The notes under the pieces: generated by a model
Seen by the model: only the letters and a program-made list of their open reading frames with translations
The model's database searches: none
What the model was told of the DNA's origin: nothing
Shown here: positions 26,608 to 35,758 of the stretch, one piece after another
Layout: each line of letters starts with the position of its first letter
Numbering within the stretch: the stretch's first letter is position 1
NCBI GenBank assembly: GCA_965231125.1
Contig: OZ246414.1
Coordinates: 827,239-891,238 of the forward strand
DNA length: 64,000 bases
Source of the DNA: an uncultured Gammaproteobacteria bacterium
Lineage (GTDB): Bacteria > Patescibacteriota > Microgenomatia > Woykebacterales > RBG-16-39-9b
Direction of reading: 5' to 3'
Program-made: the position numbers and the translations under genes

Positions 26608-27888
26608 CTACAGTTTTAGTACATTCCGCTCAAAATCGAGCTGGGTCCGTAGGTAATCATCAACTGTCTCCGCGCGGCGGATAAGTTCAACACTTCCATC
26701 CCCTAGGAGCAGGAGCTCTTTAGGGCGAAGTCTTCCATTGTACCAGAAGCCCATGGCAATGCCGTGAGCACCGGTGTCATGGATGATGACGAAGTCGCCC
26801 TCTGCTGAGAAAGCTGGAAGTCCTCGCTGCACTGCGAACTTGTCGTTGTTCTCGCAAAGCGACCCCACAACGTCGAAGGGTTCATCAATGCCGATTTCCC
26901 CAGTACCATCGGGCCTTAGCACTGTGCAGCGATGATAAGCCGTCGGGTACATACCGGGTCGCATGAGTGAGCTCATGCAGGCATCAACACCTAGGTATTC
27001 CCGGTGCTTATTCATTCGGTTAATGACCGTAGTCGCCAACACGCCGTGGGGTCCGGTGATCGCGCGGCCAGATTCCATGAAAAGCTTCGGTTGGTAACCG
27101 TTTCGCTCTCCAAAGGACTGGAAAAGCCCCCGACTGGCAGCTGCCAAGGCTCCCAAGTTGAAGGGCTGGTCGTCCGGCTTGTAGGGAATACCGATACCGC
27201 CACCGATGTTGCTGAAGTCGAACTCGACGCCGAGCTCCCTTCCGAGCAGCTCGACCAGATCGAGCAGCATCCAAACCGTCTCCACCATATAGGTGTAATT
27301 CAGCTCGTTGCTGATGATCATGGTGTGGAGGCCGAAGCGTTTGGCGCCCCGCTCTATCGCTTCCTTGCAGGCGTCCAATAGTTGGTCACGGCGCAATCCG
27401 TACTTGGCCTCTTCGGGCTTGCCAATAATGGCGTTGCCTTCTCGGTCTGGACCAGGATTGTAGCGGAAGCAGATGAGTTCCGGAAAGGGCTCTGGAACTT
27501 TTCCGACGAAGCTGATGTCGTCAAGATTCAAGATGCAACCGCCTTCGGACTGCGCTACCTGGTATTCCACCGGTGAGGTATTGTTCGAGGTGAACATGAT
27601 CCGGTCTGGCGTTGCACCAACTTGGCGAGCCATTACTAGCTCCGGAATCGAACTGCAGTCAAAACCACAACCCTCTTCCAGAAGCATTGTCATGATACGC
27701 AAGTTCGGCAGTGCTTTGACCGCGAAGTACTCACGGAAGTCCGGACACCACGAAAATAGTGCCAGTAGCTGCCGCATACCCTCCCGAATCCCAACTTCGT
27801 CATAGATGTGGAAGGGAGTACCGAAATGCTCGACGATCGCTGGGAGCCGTGGGAAAAGCCGCGACTCAAAATCCTCTGACATTGGCAT
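26608..27888 (-). CDS. Fold-type III PLP decarboxylase, LysA-like (diaminopimelate/ornithine decarboxylase family). GC-rich.
   Basis: FAVKALPN (PLP-Lys), GGGIGIPY, ESGRAI and CENND motifs, arranged as in LysA. Confidence 0.55.
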   Translation of the reverse strand: MPMSEDFESRLFPRLPAIVEHFGTPFHIYDEVGIREGMRQLLALFSWCPDFREYFAVKALPNLRIMTMLLEEGCGFDCSSIPELVMARQVGATPDRIMFTSNNTSPVEYQVAQSEGGCILNLDDISFVGKVPEPFPELICFRYNPGPDREGNAIIGKPEEAKYGLRRDQLLDACKEAIERGAKRFGLHTMIISNELNYTYMVETVWMLLDLVELLGRELGVEFDFSNIGGGIGIPYKPDDQPFNLGALAAASRGLFQSFGERNGYQPKLFMESGRAITGPHGVLATTVINRMNKHREYLGVDACMSSLMRPGMYPTAYHRCTVLRPDGTGEIGIDEPFDVVGSLCENNDKFAVQRGLPAFSAEGDFVIIHDTGAHGIAMGFWYNGRLRPKELLLLGDGSVELIRRAETVDDYLRTQLDFERNVLKL

Positions 27889-27983
27889 TGTGATCTCCTC
27901 CTTCTTAAATATGAAAATTGGAATGTGCTAGTTTATCGGCTGGATAATAACAAATGGCGGCGAAAAAAACAATGTTATGGGAC

Positions 27984-29615
27984 TTACATCCTCTCCGGAG
28001 CGGAGATGCCGAGGAGGGAAAGAGTGTTTCGCAGTACTATTTTTGTTGCTAATATTAGATTTAGCCTGGCTTTTGTAAGATTGTCGTCTTCGGAGATGAC
28101 GCGGTGTTTTTCGTAAAACTTGTGGAGAAGATCGGCAATTTCAATTGAGTAAGTTGTTAGGTGCTGCACGGCAAAACTTTTCGAAATTTCTTCAACCAGC
28201 TCCGGAAGTTTCAAAATCCTCTTTCCCAAAGCAAGTTCCTCTTTCTCTTTTAGCAAAGAAAGATCCGCCCCGCTAAACTTTTCCTGGGTAAAACCCTGCT
28301 CTTCTCCTTTTTTTAAAATATTAGCGCAGCGGGCATGGGCGTATTGGACATAATAGACTGGGTTCACTTCGTTTTTTTGTTTGGCAAGTTCCAGATCAAA
28401 GTCTATGTGAGTGTTTGGTGAATGCGAAAGAAGAAAAAAGCGAAAAGCATCTTTTCCAACTTCATCCAACACCTCACGAGCCGTAACATAATTGCCGGCT
28501 CTTTTAGACATTTTTACTATCTCAGAACCTCTCTTAACCCTAACGTACTGATACAAAATTATTTTTAATCGGCTGACATCAAAACCTAAAGCTCTTGCCA
28601 GAGCCTGGATTTTTGGAACGTGGCCAAAAGTGTTACTGCCGAAAACATCGATTATCAACTCATACCCGCTCTCAAATTTTTCTTTATGATAGGCGACGTC
28701 AGAAGCAAAATATGTGTATGAACCATCGCTCTTAACGACAACCGCGTCTTTATCTTTCAAAAATTCCTTGTCGGCCGCAAACCACACCGCACCTTCGTGC
28801 TTTTTCAAGAGCTTCTGTGAATCAAGCTGCCCAAGGACTGCCGGTAATTTTTCTTGCAACTTACTCTCATGAACCACAAGGTCAAATTTAATTCCCATAG
28901 AGCCGGCATCATCCATTATGTCTTTAAATAAGTTTTGGACTCCGGCTTCGCCGGCTTTCTCGATTATCTGCTTTTTGGAAAGATCTTTTGTATTTCCCAA
29001 TTTTCCCTTAATCTTTTTAGCAAGCTCGGCTGTATATTCTCCCTTGTAACTAAGGTCTTCTTCATTTTCTTTGATAAACCCGGCCAAAGTGGCCAACGTT
29101 TTACCCAAATCTTTAACTTGGTTCCCTGTGTCATTATCGATATACTCTCTAAGTACCTTAAAACCTGTACTTTCTAGTACACTTGCTAGGGCGTCGCCTA
29201 AAGGTCCTCCGCGCGCGTTACCTATATGCAGCGGACCGGTTGGGTTTGCCGAAATGAATTCGACCCGAGCCTTTTTACCCTGATTAATTTCTATTTGACC
29301 AAAGGTTTTATCTCCTTCGATAATTTTTTGGATATTGCTCTGGATCAAACTTGATTGAACGTAAAAGTTTATAAAGCCTGGATTGGCAAATTCGACTTTG
29401 GAAAACTCTGGAATTTTTTGTAGTCTAGGTACAAGTACTTTAGCAATATCTGCTGGTGTCTGCGAGGCAGTGAAGCTAGAAAGTCTCAATGGCGCATTTG
29501 TCGAATAATCGCCGAAAGCGGCGGACGGTGGTTCGGAGACATCAAAATCAACTTTTGGCAGATTCTCTTTTTGCGTCGCTGTTACAATTTGTTCGGCTAT
29601 AAATTGCTTAATCAT
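27984..29615 (-). CDS. argS: Arginine--tRNA ligase
   Basis: ANPTGPLHIGNARG (HIGH region) and KMSKRAGN (KMSKS). Confidence 0.9.
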   Translation of the reverse strand: MIKQFIAEQIVTATQKENLPKVDFDVSEPPSAAFGDYSTNAPLRLSSFTASQTPADIAKVLVPRLQKIPEFSKVEFANPGFINFYVQSSLIQSNIQKIIEGDKTFGQIEINQGKKARVEFISANPTGPLHIGNARGGPLGDALASVLESTGFKVLREYIDNDTGNQVKDLGKTLATLAGFIKENEEDLSYKGEYTAELAKKIKGKLGNTKDLSKKQIIEKAGEAGVQNLFKDIMDDAGSMGIKFDLVVHESKLQEKLPAVLGQLDSQKLLKKHEGAVWFAADKEFLKDKDAVVVKSDGSYTYFASDVAYHKEKFESGYELIIDVFGSNTFGHVPKIQALARALGFDVSRLKIILYQYVRVKRGSEIVKMSKRAGNYVTAREVLDEVGKDAFRFFLLSHSPNTHIDFDLELAKQKNEVNPVYYVQYAHARCANILKKGEEQGFTQEKFSGADLSLLKEKEELALGKRILKLPELVEEISKSFAVQHLTTYSIEIADLLHKFYEKHRVISEDDNLTKARLNLILATKIVLRNTLSLLGISAPERM

Positions 29616-30466
29616 CTTTCCATTTTAGTATACCAGCTCTCCCCATCACTAACAATTTCGACTGTTCCATTTTGATCGGTTCTGTAAACTTTTGTGCGAG
29701 CACTATCTAATAATTTAACTAGCTCTGGATTCGGGTGGCCGTAACGATTATGAGCTCCAACTGAAATAACGGATATGTCAGGCGAAAGTTTGGCTAGATA
29801 ATTCTCGTCGATTGCAGTTTTAGATCCGTGGTGCGGCACTTTAAGAAATTCTACGTGAGAGGTTGAAGAAGTGTAAGGCTGAACTTGCTCGTCAGCGTCT
29901 GAGGTTAAGAGACCATCAAAATTTTTGTAATCCAACTTTATCACGATCGCAGTTGTGTTTAAATCAGTGTACGGCTGCACCGATCTCGGCCAAATGACAT
30001 TAAGATCTACACCGTCTGGAAAGATGATTTTATCGCCAGCCCAAACGTGCACTTGGTGTAAATGTCTCTCACTGACAACCTTCTCCCATTCCTTGTAAAC
30101 CTGGGTGTTATTAACTGAGTAGCTGGTCCATAAAGTTTTAATCTGATACCTTTTGGCGACCTCGATTAAACCTGTCATGTGATCGGCTTGTGGATGCGTC
30201 AAGACCACTAGATCAAGAGTTTTATCCCAAAGAGGCAGACTCTCACCTAAAAGGCCGACTATTTTATTGTCTGGGCCGCCATCAATTAAGATCTTGTAAC
30301 CAGAAGGCGTCCTAATAAAAATACTATCCCCCTGACCCACATCCAAAACTTTTATATGCAATTTCTTATCCGGAAGCCTAAAAGCGCTTGACCAAATTAG
30401 TATAGAGAAACCCGCAAGGCCAATTATTAAAAACTTACTCTGATTTCTTTTTATATATTCTGACAT
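29612..30466 (-). CDS. Metallo-beta-lactamase-fold domain protein. Probably the detached C-terminal domain of ComEC.
   Basis: DVGQGDSIFI...VLTHPQADHMTGL motif. It overlaps the end of the upstream comEC-like ORF by 32 nt in a different frame. Confidence 0.65.
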   Translation of the reverse strand: MSEYIKRNQSKFLIIGLAGFSILIWSSAFRLPDKKLHIKVLDVGQGDSIFIRTPSGYKILIDGGPDNKIVGLLGESLPLWDKTLDLVVLTHPQADHMTGLIEVAKRYQIKTLWTSYSVNNTQVYKEWEKVVSERHLHQVHVWAGDKIIFPDGVDLNVIWPRSVQPYTDLNTTAIVIKLDYKNFDGLLTSDADEQVQPYTSSTSHVEFLKVPHHGSKTAIDENYLAKLSPDISVISVGAHNRYGHPNPELVKLLDSARTKVYRTDQNGTVEIVSDGESWYTKMER

Positions 30467-31646
30467 ATTTAAGTAATATAAAGATCACTACACTTAGGCC
30501 CAAATAATAACTTACTAAGACCCAAATATTTTTCTCTGGTACTTTAATTGTAGCCAAAGGAGCCTTTGCAAGAGCCTCAACTAACCAAACAAAGATGGAT
30601 AGTGGAACCCAGGCAATCCAGGCTAATAGCTGACCTAAGGGCTCAAAAAGCAAACCAAAAAAAGCAATCCCAAAACCCAGTAGTGTGGCCAGGGGTACCG
30701 TCCACAGAACTAGAGCATTAACGATTGGGGATATTATGGAAACCTGGCCAAAATTATAAAAGATTATTGGTATAACTAGAACTTGCGCGGAAAGAGTCGT
30801 AATTAAATCCTCGCCAAAAGGAGACGGGGCGTTTTTGAAGAAAGGCGAAATTTTATCTTCAAAAAGGATTATTCCGGCCGTTGCCAAGAAAGAAAGTTGG
30901 AAACCAATTTCGGAAATAACTCTTGGACTCACTAAAAGCATGATAAAAGCGGCTAAGAGCAAGCTGTAAAAAGGCCAATTCTGCCTACCGGTAAGCATGG
31001 CTAAAAAAGCCAAAACACCCATTATTGCCGCTCTGACAGTTGGTGCAGAAGCCCCGGTCATAAGTGTATAAAAAACAATCGCTCCTAAGGCTAAAACTAA
31101 AGTGTAGCGGCGTTTTATCACACCAGCCAGGAGTAAAAAGAACCCGCCAACAACACTAATGTTGTATCCGGAAACAACAACAACGTGAATTGTCCCCGTT
31201 TTTCTCAAAGCAGTTTGAAAATCCGCGGGCAAATCTTTATTAACCCCAAGCAGCAGTCCATCCATTAGTGAGGCCTGGGGCTCTGGAAGAAATTTGTTAA
31301 TTTTCTCCTCAACTACCGATCTCAAACTGAACAATCTTTCTTGGATGTTATTTGACTCACCTACAGTTTCTACCTTTGGAAAGTAGATGACTCCCTTGTC
31401 ATTTGCCTCTCCATCGATCCTTACAATCTGGCCATAATGTAACTGCGGGTATACCGAGTTGATAACTTCGTACCCTTGGAAGTTGAAATAAGCTCTTTGC
31501 CCTTTTATAGTTGGCTCGTTATTTAAAGATTCTTGAAGATTAACCTTACCCGGAGTAATTTTAGTCTGACTAAATTGATATCTGATTACGATTAAACCAG
31601 CCGCAATTAAAGAGATTGATAAGATAAGTGGAAGCTTACTGGACAC
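30435..31646 (-). CDS. comEC: ComEC/Rec2-family competence membrane channel (membrane domain).
   Basis: A polytopic membrane protein of ComEC length and topology, adjacent to comEA and followed by the MBL domain ORF. Confidence 0.6.
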   Translation of the reverse strand: MSSKLPLILSISLIAAGLIVIRYQFSQTKITPGKVNLQESLNNEPTIKGQRAYFNFQGYEVINSVYPQLHYGQIVRIDGEANDKGVIYFPKVETVGESNNIQERLFSLRSVVEEKINKFLPEPQASLMDGLLLGVNKDLPADFQTALRKTGTIHVVVVSGYNISVVGGFFLLLAGVIKRRYTLVLALGAIVFYTLMTGASAPTVRAAIMGVLAFLAMLTGRQNWPFYSLLLAAFIMLLVSPRVISEIGFQLSFLATAGIILFEDKISPFFKNAPSPFGEDLITTLSAQVLVIPIIFYNFGQVSIISPIVNALVLWTVPLATLLGFGIAFFGLLFEPLGQLLAWIAWVPLSIFVWLVEALAKAPLATIKVPEKNIWVLVSYYLGLSVVIFILLKYVRIYKKKSE

Positions 31647-32268
31647 TTACTAAATCCTTAAGGCCATCAAAAGTTTTGGGCCCGACAACTTTTTTGTTTA
31701 ACAGATCTTGTACTGAAGAGTAAGGCCGCCCTGCAATAATTTTTTGGGCTGTTACTGGGCCAATTCTTGGTAGTGTATCTAATTGCTCGGCGCTTGCAGT
31801 GTTTATATTTACTTGGCCAGAAACGCTTTGACTCCCTACCGTAGTTACTCCTAGCGCACTACCAACATCATTGCTAGAAATTCCCGTGTCACCAGAGCTA
31901 GGAATGTATAACTTTGCCCCATCCGTAATAACTTGGGCAAGATTAAGGTTTTTTGCAATCCAATCTTTATTTGCCCATTGCGTTAAACCACCAGCTGCTT
32001 TTATTGCATCTTCGATTCTGGCGCCATCATAAAGATCATAAACTTTTGGCTTCTTAACTGCCCCTTCAACATCGACTTTTATCTTTAGGCTTTTCTGCGA
32101 TTGGTTTTGGGTGGCTGTCTCAAAAACTGGAGCGGGTTTTGATATATTCAATCTTGGAATCAAAAACCCCAAACCCACGAGGATCACTCCTATTAGACCA
32201 AAAATTATTGAGGCTTTGTATTTCTCTACAAAATCCCAGATGGATGGAGGCGTTTCCTTGGCAGACAT
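31636..32268 (-). CDS. comEA: Competence protein ComEA (SLBB plus helix-hairpin-helix DNA-binding)
   Basis: C-terminal HhH motif VNINTASAEQLDTLPRIGPVTAQKII. N-terminal TM. Confidence 0.75.
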   Translation of the reverse strand: MSAKETPPSIWDFVEKYKASIIFGLIGVILVGLGFLIPRLNISKPAPVFETATQNQSQKSLKIKVDVEGAVKKPKVYDLYDGARIEDAIKAAGGLTQWANKDWIAKNLNLAQVITDGAKLYIPSSGDTGISSNDVGSALGVTTVGSQSVSGQVNINTASAEQLDTLPRIGPVTAQKIIAGRPYSSVQDLLNKKVVGPKTFDGLKDLVSVQ

Positions 32269-32345
32269 GCAGCCATTTTAGAAAAAGATTCAGGGAAAAA
32301 GCAATAGGTTATTTTAACTAAACAAGGGGAGGAGTTCTTTACTAA

Positions 32346-32756
32346 CTAATACGAGAGGCGATCGTTTTCAATTGACTCACGATATTTCTGAACCCAAGAT
32401 TTGTAGAAATCAACAAGATGAGATAAGCCTCGGGACTTTAATTCCTTATCGATTACACCACCGCGGTGCGGGTAACGGTGCAGACGGGGGTTTTCGGAAG
32501 AAAATCCTTGCGCGTAATGCACAAGTTCGTGGGCTAAGGTGTGGTCGATAACTTGCATTGGAAATGATGGGTTCGCGAACTTTCCGTTTATTGTAACGTA
32601 ACTAGTTTTATTCTTAAAATTCAACCGAATGGAACCAAAGCGGTAGCGAGCGTTTCTTCCAAACTTAACAATGATTGGATTTGTTCGGGCAACATCGGAA
32701 AAATGACTTTTCCAGATTTTATTAAGGCGTTGTCCAAGCCACAAATTATCACGCAT
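32346..32756 (-). CDS. Small putative zinc metallopeptidase (HExxH), SprT/DUF45-like.
   Basis: HTLAHELVHY motif. Family assignment is weak. Confidence 0.35.
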   Translation of the reverse strand: MRDNLWLGQRLNKIWKSHFSDVARTNPIIVKFGRNARYRFGSIRLNFKNKTSYVTINGKFANPSFPMQVIDHTLAHELVHYAQGFSSENPRLHRYPHRGGVIDKELKSRGLSHLVDFYKSWVQKYRESIENDRLSY

Positions 32757-32865
32757 AGATTAGCCATTAGAAAGTTAGCCACTAGAAAATTTAATAGATA
32801 CTAGAGACTAAACTTTATTTATTTGTGGTAAAAAAAGGAGTTTCCTAGATTACAGATGATCCGTG

Positions 32866-35661
32866 TTAACCATCAGTAACTAAGTTGAGTAGTCTGCCCT
32901 CTACCCAGATGATATCCTTAACCTCTCTTTTTTCAGTGTAAGCTTTTACTTTTGGCAGGTCAAGGGCCAAGCGAGCGACTAGTTCCTTAGAAATACCTCT
33001 GGGAGCCTCTAATTTATCCCTCAGGCGGCCATTTACCTGGATAACAATAGTTACTCTATCTTCTTCCAAAATACCTCTGTCGTAAGACGGCCATTTTTGT
33101 TGGTGAATCGAAAACTCCCCACCTAAAACTGACCACAGCTCTTCAGAAATATGCGGTGCAAATGGGGCTAAAAGTAATAAAAAGTGCTTCAAAATATCTA
33201 AATCTATATCAGATTTGTTTTCGTACATTAAGTTAACAAATTCCATCAACGCCGCGATCGCGGTGTTGAATTTTAGATTTTCTAGATCTTCACTAACTCT
33301 CTTAGTTAGTTTGTTCAAATCTTTGACTAATCGAGATGACTCTTTAGTTTTTGTTCTTGACAAGCCGCTTGCAACTTCGTTAACTATCGTCCAAACTCTA
33401 TTCAAAAATCGATAAACTCCGGAAATTGCTCGATCCGAAAAATCCCCACCTTGATCGTATGGTCCTAAGAACAGCAAGTACATGCGCAAAGTATCCGCCC
33501 CGTAGGCTTCGATAAATTCATTTGGATTCACTACATTGCCGCGGGATTTACTCATCTTTGCCCCCTCGTGTATCACCAAACCATGGGCCCGAAACTTTTT
33601 AAATGGTTCTTCGAAGTTAATCAAACCTATATCGTGCAAAACCATGGTGATGAATCTTGTGTACATAAGGTGAAGTACAGCGTGTTCGTTACCACCGATG
33701 TACATGTCGACTGGAAGCCACCTTTTTGTTATTTCTTCGTTCCAAGGCAGTTGTGTTTTGTGATTTTGAATTCCTACACTAGGATAACGTAGAAAGTACC
33801 AGGACGAATCTAGAAATGTATCAGAAACATCAGTTTCGCGTTTTGCAGAACTGCCGCATCCCGGACATTTTACATTCACAAAATTTGGCAGAGTGGCGAG
33901 CGGACTGACACCTTTACCTCTGGGTTGATAATCTTTTAGTTCTGGCAACTCCACTGGTAGGTATTTTTCGGGAACTGGATACCAACCCGGCATTGATGAG
34001 TTAAGAGTTTTGAGTTCAGAGCTGAGAGTTTCCGATCTTTCTGAATTCTGCCCGCCCGACGGCGAGGCGGGAATTCTGAATTCTGAACTTTCCTTTGTTG
34101 TAAACCAACTCTCCCCTTCACTCGCGCAATGTTCACAGTGAATCATCGGTATCGGCGGTCCCCAATAGCGCTGCCGGCTGATTAACCAATCGCGTAGATG
34201 GTAATTAATTGTTATTTTGCCCAAATGAGTATCTTCTATATATTTTGATATATTCTTGATGGCCTCCTTTGAAGTCTGACCAGTAAATTGTCCTGAGTTA
34301 ACTAATTTGCCTTCCCCAAGATAGGCTTTAGTTAAATCGTCATTCTGAGGCGAAGCCGAAGAATCTCCTTTAGATCCTTCACTATCGTTCAGGATGACAG
34401 GAATAATTGGTAGCTTGTACTTTTTTGCAAACTCAAAATCGCGCTGGTCATGAGCCGGCACCGCCATAATCGCCCCGGTTCCGTAACCAGTCAAAACATA
34501 ATCCGCGATCCAAATAGGAATTTCTTTTCTAGTAAATGGGTTAATTGCAAAGTGCCCAGTAAATACCCCCTCTTTCTTTTTTCCTTCTGCTTGTCTTTCG
34601 AGTTCCGTCTTTAACACTGCTTTGCTAACATAGTTCATTACTTTTTGGCCATTACCAAACCGGAGTATCTTTGAGACCAATGGGTGCTCTGGGGCTACAA
34701 TCATAAATGTTGCACCGTAGACCGTATCGGGACGGGTTGTGTAAACTGTCAAATGTTCTTTATAGCCTTTTATTGGGAATTCTATTTCTGCTCCTTCAGA
34801 CCGCCCGATCCAGTTCCTCTGCATTGTCTTGGTCGTCTCGGACCAGTCAATCCCCGCCTCCCTCGCTTTCTCACCAAGTTTAATCTTTGGTCCGTAAACA
34901 TCGGCGGGTAGGCTATCCAGATTTTTTAGTAACCGCTCGGCATATTCAGTAATCCGGAAGAACCACTGTTCGAGATCCTTCTGGACAACTTCAGTCCCAC
35001 AGCGTTCACATTTTCCGGCAATAACTTGCTCATCCGCCAGAACTGTCAAACAAGATGGGCACCAATCCACGGCTGCTTTTTTCCGTACCGCAAGACCCCT
35101 CTTGAAAAGCCGGACAAATAACCACTGCGTCCATTTGTAGTAGTTCGGATCGCTAGTTATAACTTCATGGTCCCAATCAAACAAAGCGCCTAATTTTTTT
35201 AATTGGTTTTCACGGAAATAGGTGGTAGTTTGCTTTATCAGTTCACCAGGGTGTTTGCCAATTTTAATAGCATAATTTTCAGAATTAATTCCAAAAGAAT
35301 CAAAGCCCATTGGCTCAAAGACATCAAATCCTTGCATTTTCTTAAAACGCCCAAAAGTGTCCGCCCCACCAAAAGCGTAAACGTGACCGACATGAAGACC
35401 TTCACCAGAGGGGTAAGGAAACATCATCAGATTATAGAATTTGGGCTTACGCCCAGAATTCTGCGAGCTAAGCTCTAAAAATTTTGGCTTGCCGCCAAAA
35501 TCTTGCGGCCTCTGGTCTAAGAATGGTTTTTTTGATCTTTTAATATCAACCTTAAAAGTTTTTTTCTCCTGCCAAACTTTTTGCCAACGCTTTTCAATTT
35601 CTTGAGGATTATATCTTTCCATGCTGGTGACTATTCTATCAGACACAGTCCCACTGCGCAA
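32866..35661 (-). CDS. leuS: Leucine--tRNA ligase
   Basis: PYPSGEGLHVGH (HIGH) and AKMSKSRGN (KMSKS). Length fits bacterial LeuRS with editing-domain insertions. Confidence 0.9.
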   Translation of the reverse strand: MRSGTVSDRIVTSMERYNPQEIEKRWQKVWQEKKTFKVDIKRSKKPFLDQRPQDFGGKPKFLELSSQNSGRKPKFYNLMMFPYPSGEGLHVGHVYAFGGADTFGRFKKMQGFDVFEPMGFDSFGINSENYAIKIGKHPGELIKQTTTYFRENQLKKLGALFDWDHEVITSDPNYYKWTQWLFVRLFKRGLAVRKKAAVDWCPSCLTVLADEQVIAGKCERCGTEVVQKDLEQWFFRITEYAERLLKNLDSLPADVYGPKIKLGEKAREAGIDWSETTKTMQRNWIGRSEGAEIEFPIKGYKEHLTVYTTRPDTVYGATFMIVAPEHPLVSKILRFGNGQKVMNYVSKAVLKTELERQAEGKKKEGVFTGHFAINPFTRKEIPIWIADYVLTGYGTGAIMAVPAHDQRDFEFAKKYKLPIIPVILNDSEGSKGDSSASPQNDDLTKAYLGEGKLVNSGQFTGQTSKEAIKNISKYIEDTHLGKITINYHLRDWLISRQRYWGPPIPMIHCEHCASEGESWFTTKESSEFRIPASPSGGQNSERSETLSSELKTLNSSMPGWYPVPEKYLPVELPELKDYQPRGKGVSPLATLPNFVNVKCPGCGSSAKRETDVSDTFLDSSWYFLRYPSVGIQNHKTQLPWNEEITKRWLPVDMYIGGNEHAVLHLMYTRFITMVLHDIGLINFEEPFKKFRAHGLVIHEGAKMSKSRGNVVNPNEFIEAYGADTLRMYLLFLGPYDQGGDFSDRAISGVYRFLNRVWTIVNEVASGLSRTKTKESSRLVKDLNKLTKRVSEDLENLKFNTAIAALMEFVNLMYENKSDIDLDILKHFLLLLAPFAPHISEELWSVLGGEFSIHQQKWPSYDRGILEEDRVTIVIQVNGRLRDKLEAPRGISKELVARLALDLPKVKAYTEKREVKDIIWVEGRLLNLVTDG

Positions 35662-35687
35662 AAGTCTTTATAACGTGGGGGGGTTTG

Positions 35688-35716
35688 ACAACCACTGATA
35701 TAGTAATATAATTAAG
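35688..35716 (+). promoter_or_regulatory. Consensus promoter (TTGACA-17-ATAATT/TATAAT) for giant gene 1. A TATGCA...TGCATA palindrome lies just downstream (35728-35751).
   Basis: gtttgacaaccactgatatagtaatataatta read directly. Confidence 0.5.
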
Positions 35717-35758
35717 GTAGTTTACCTATGCACAGGTTAAGCGATGCATAGATAAGAT

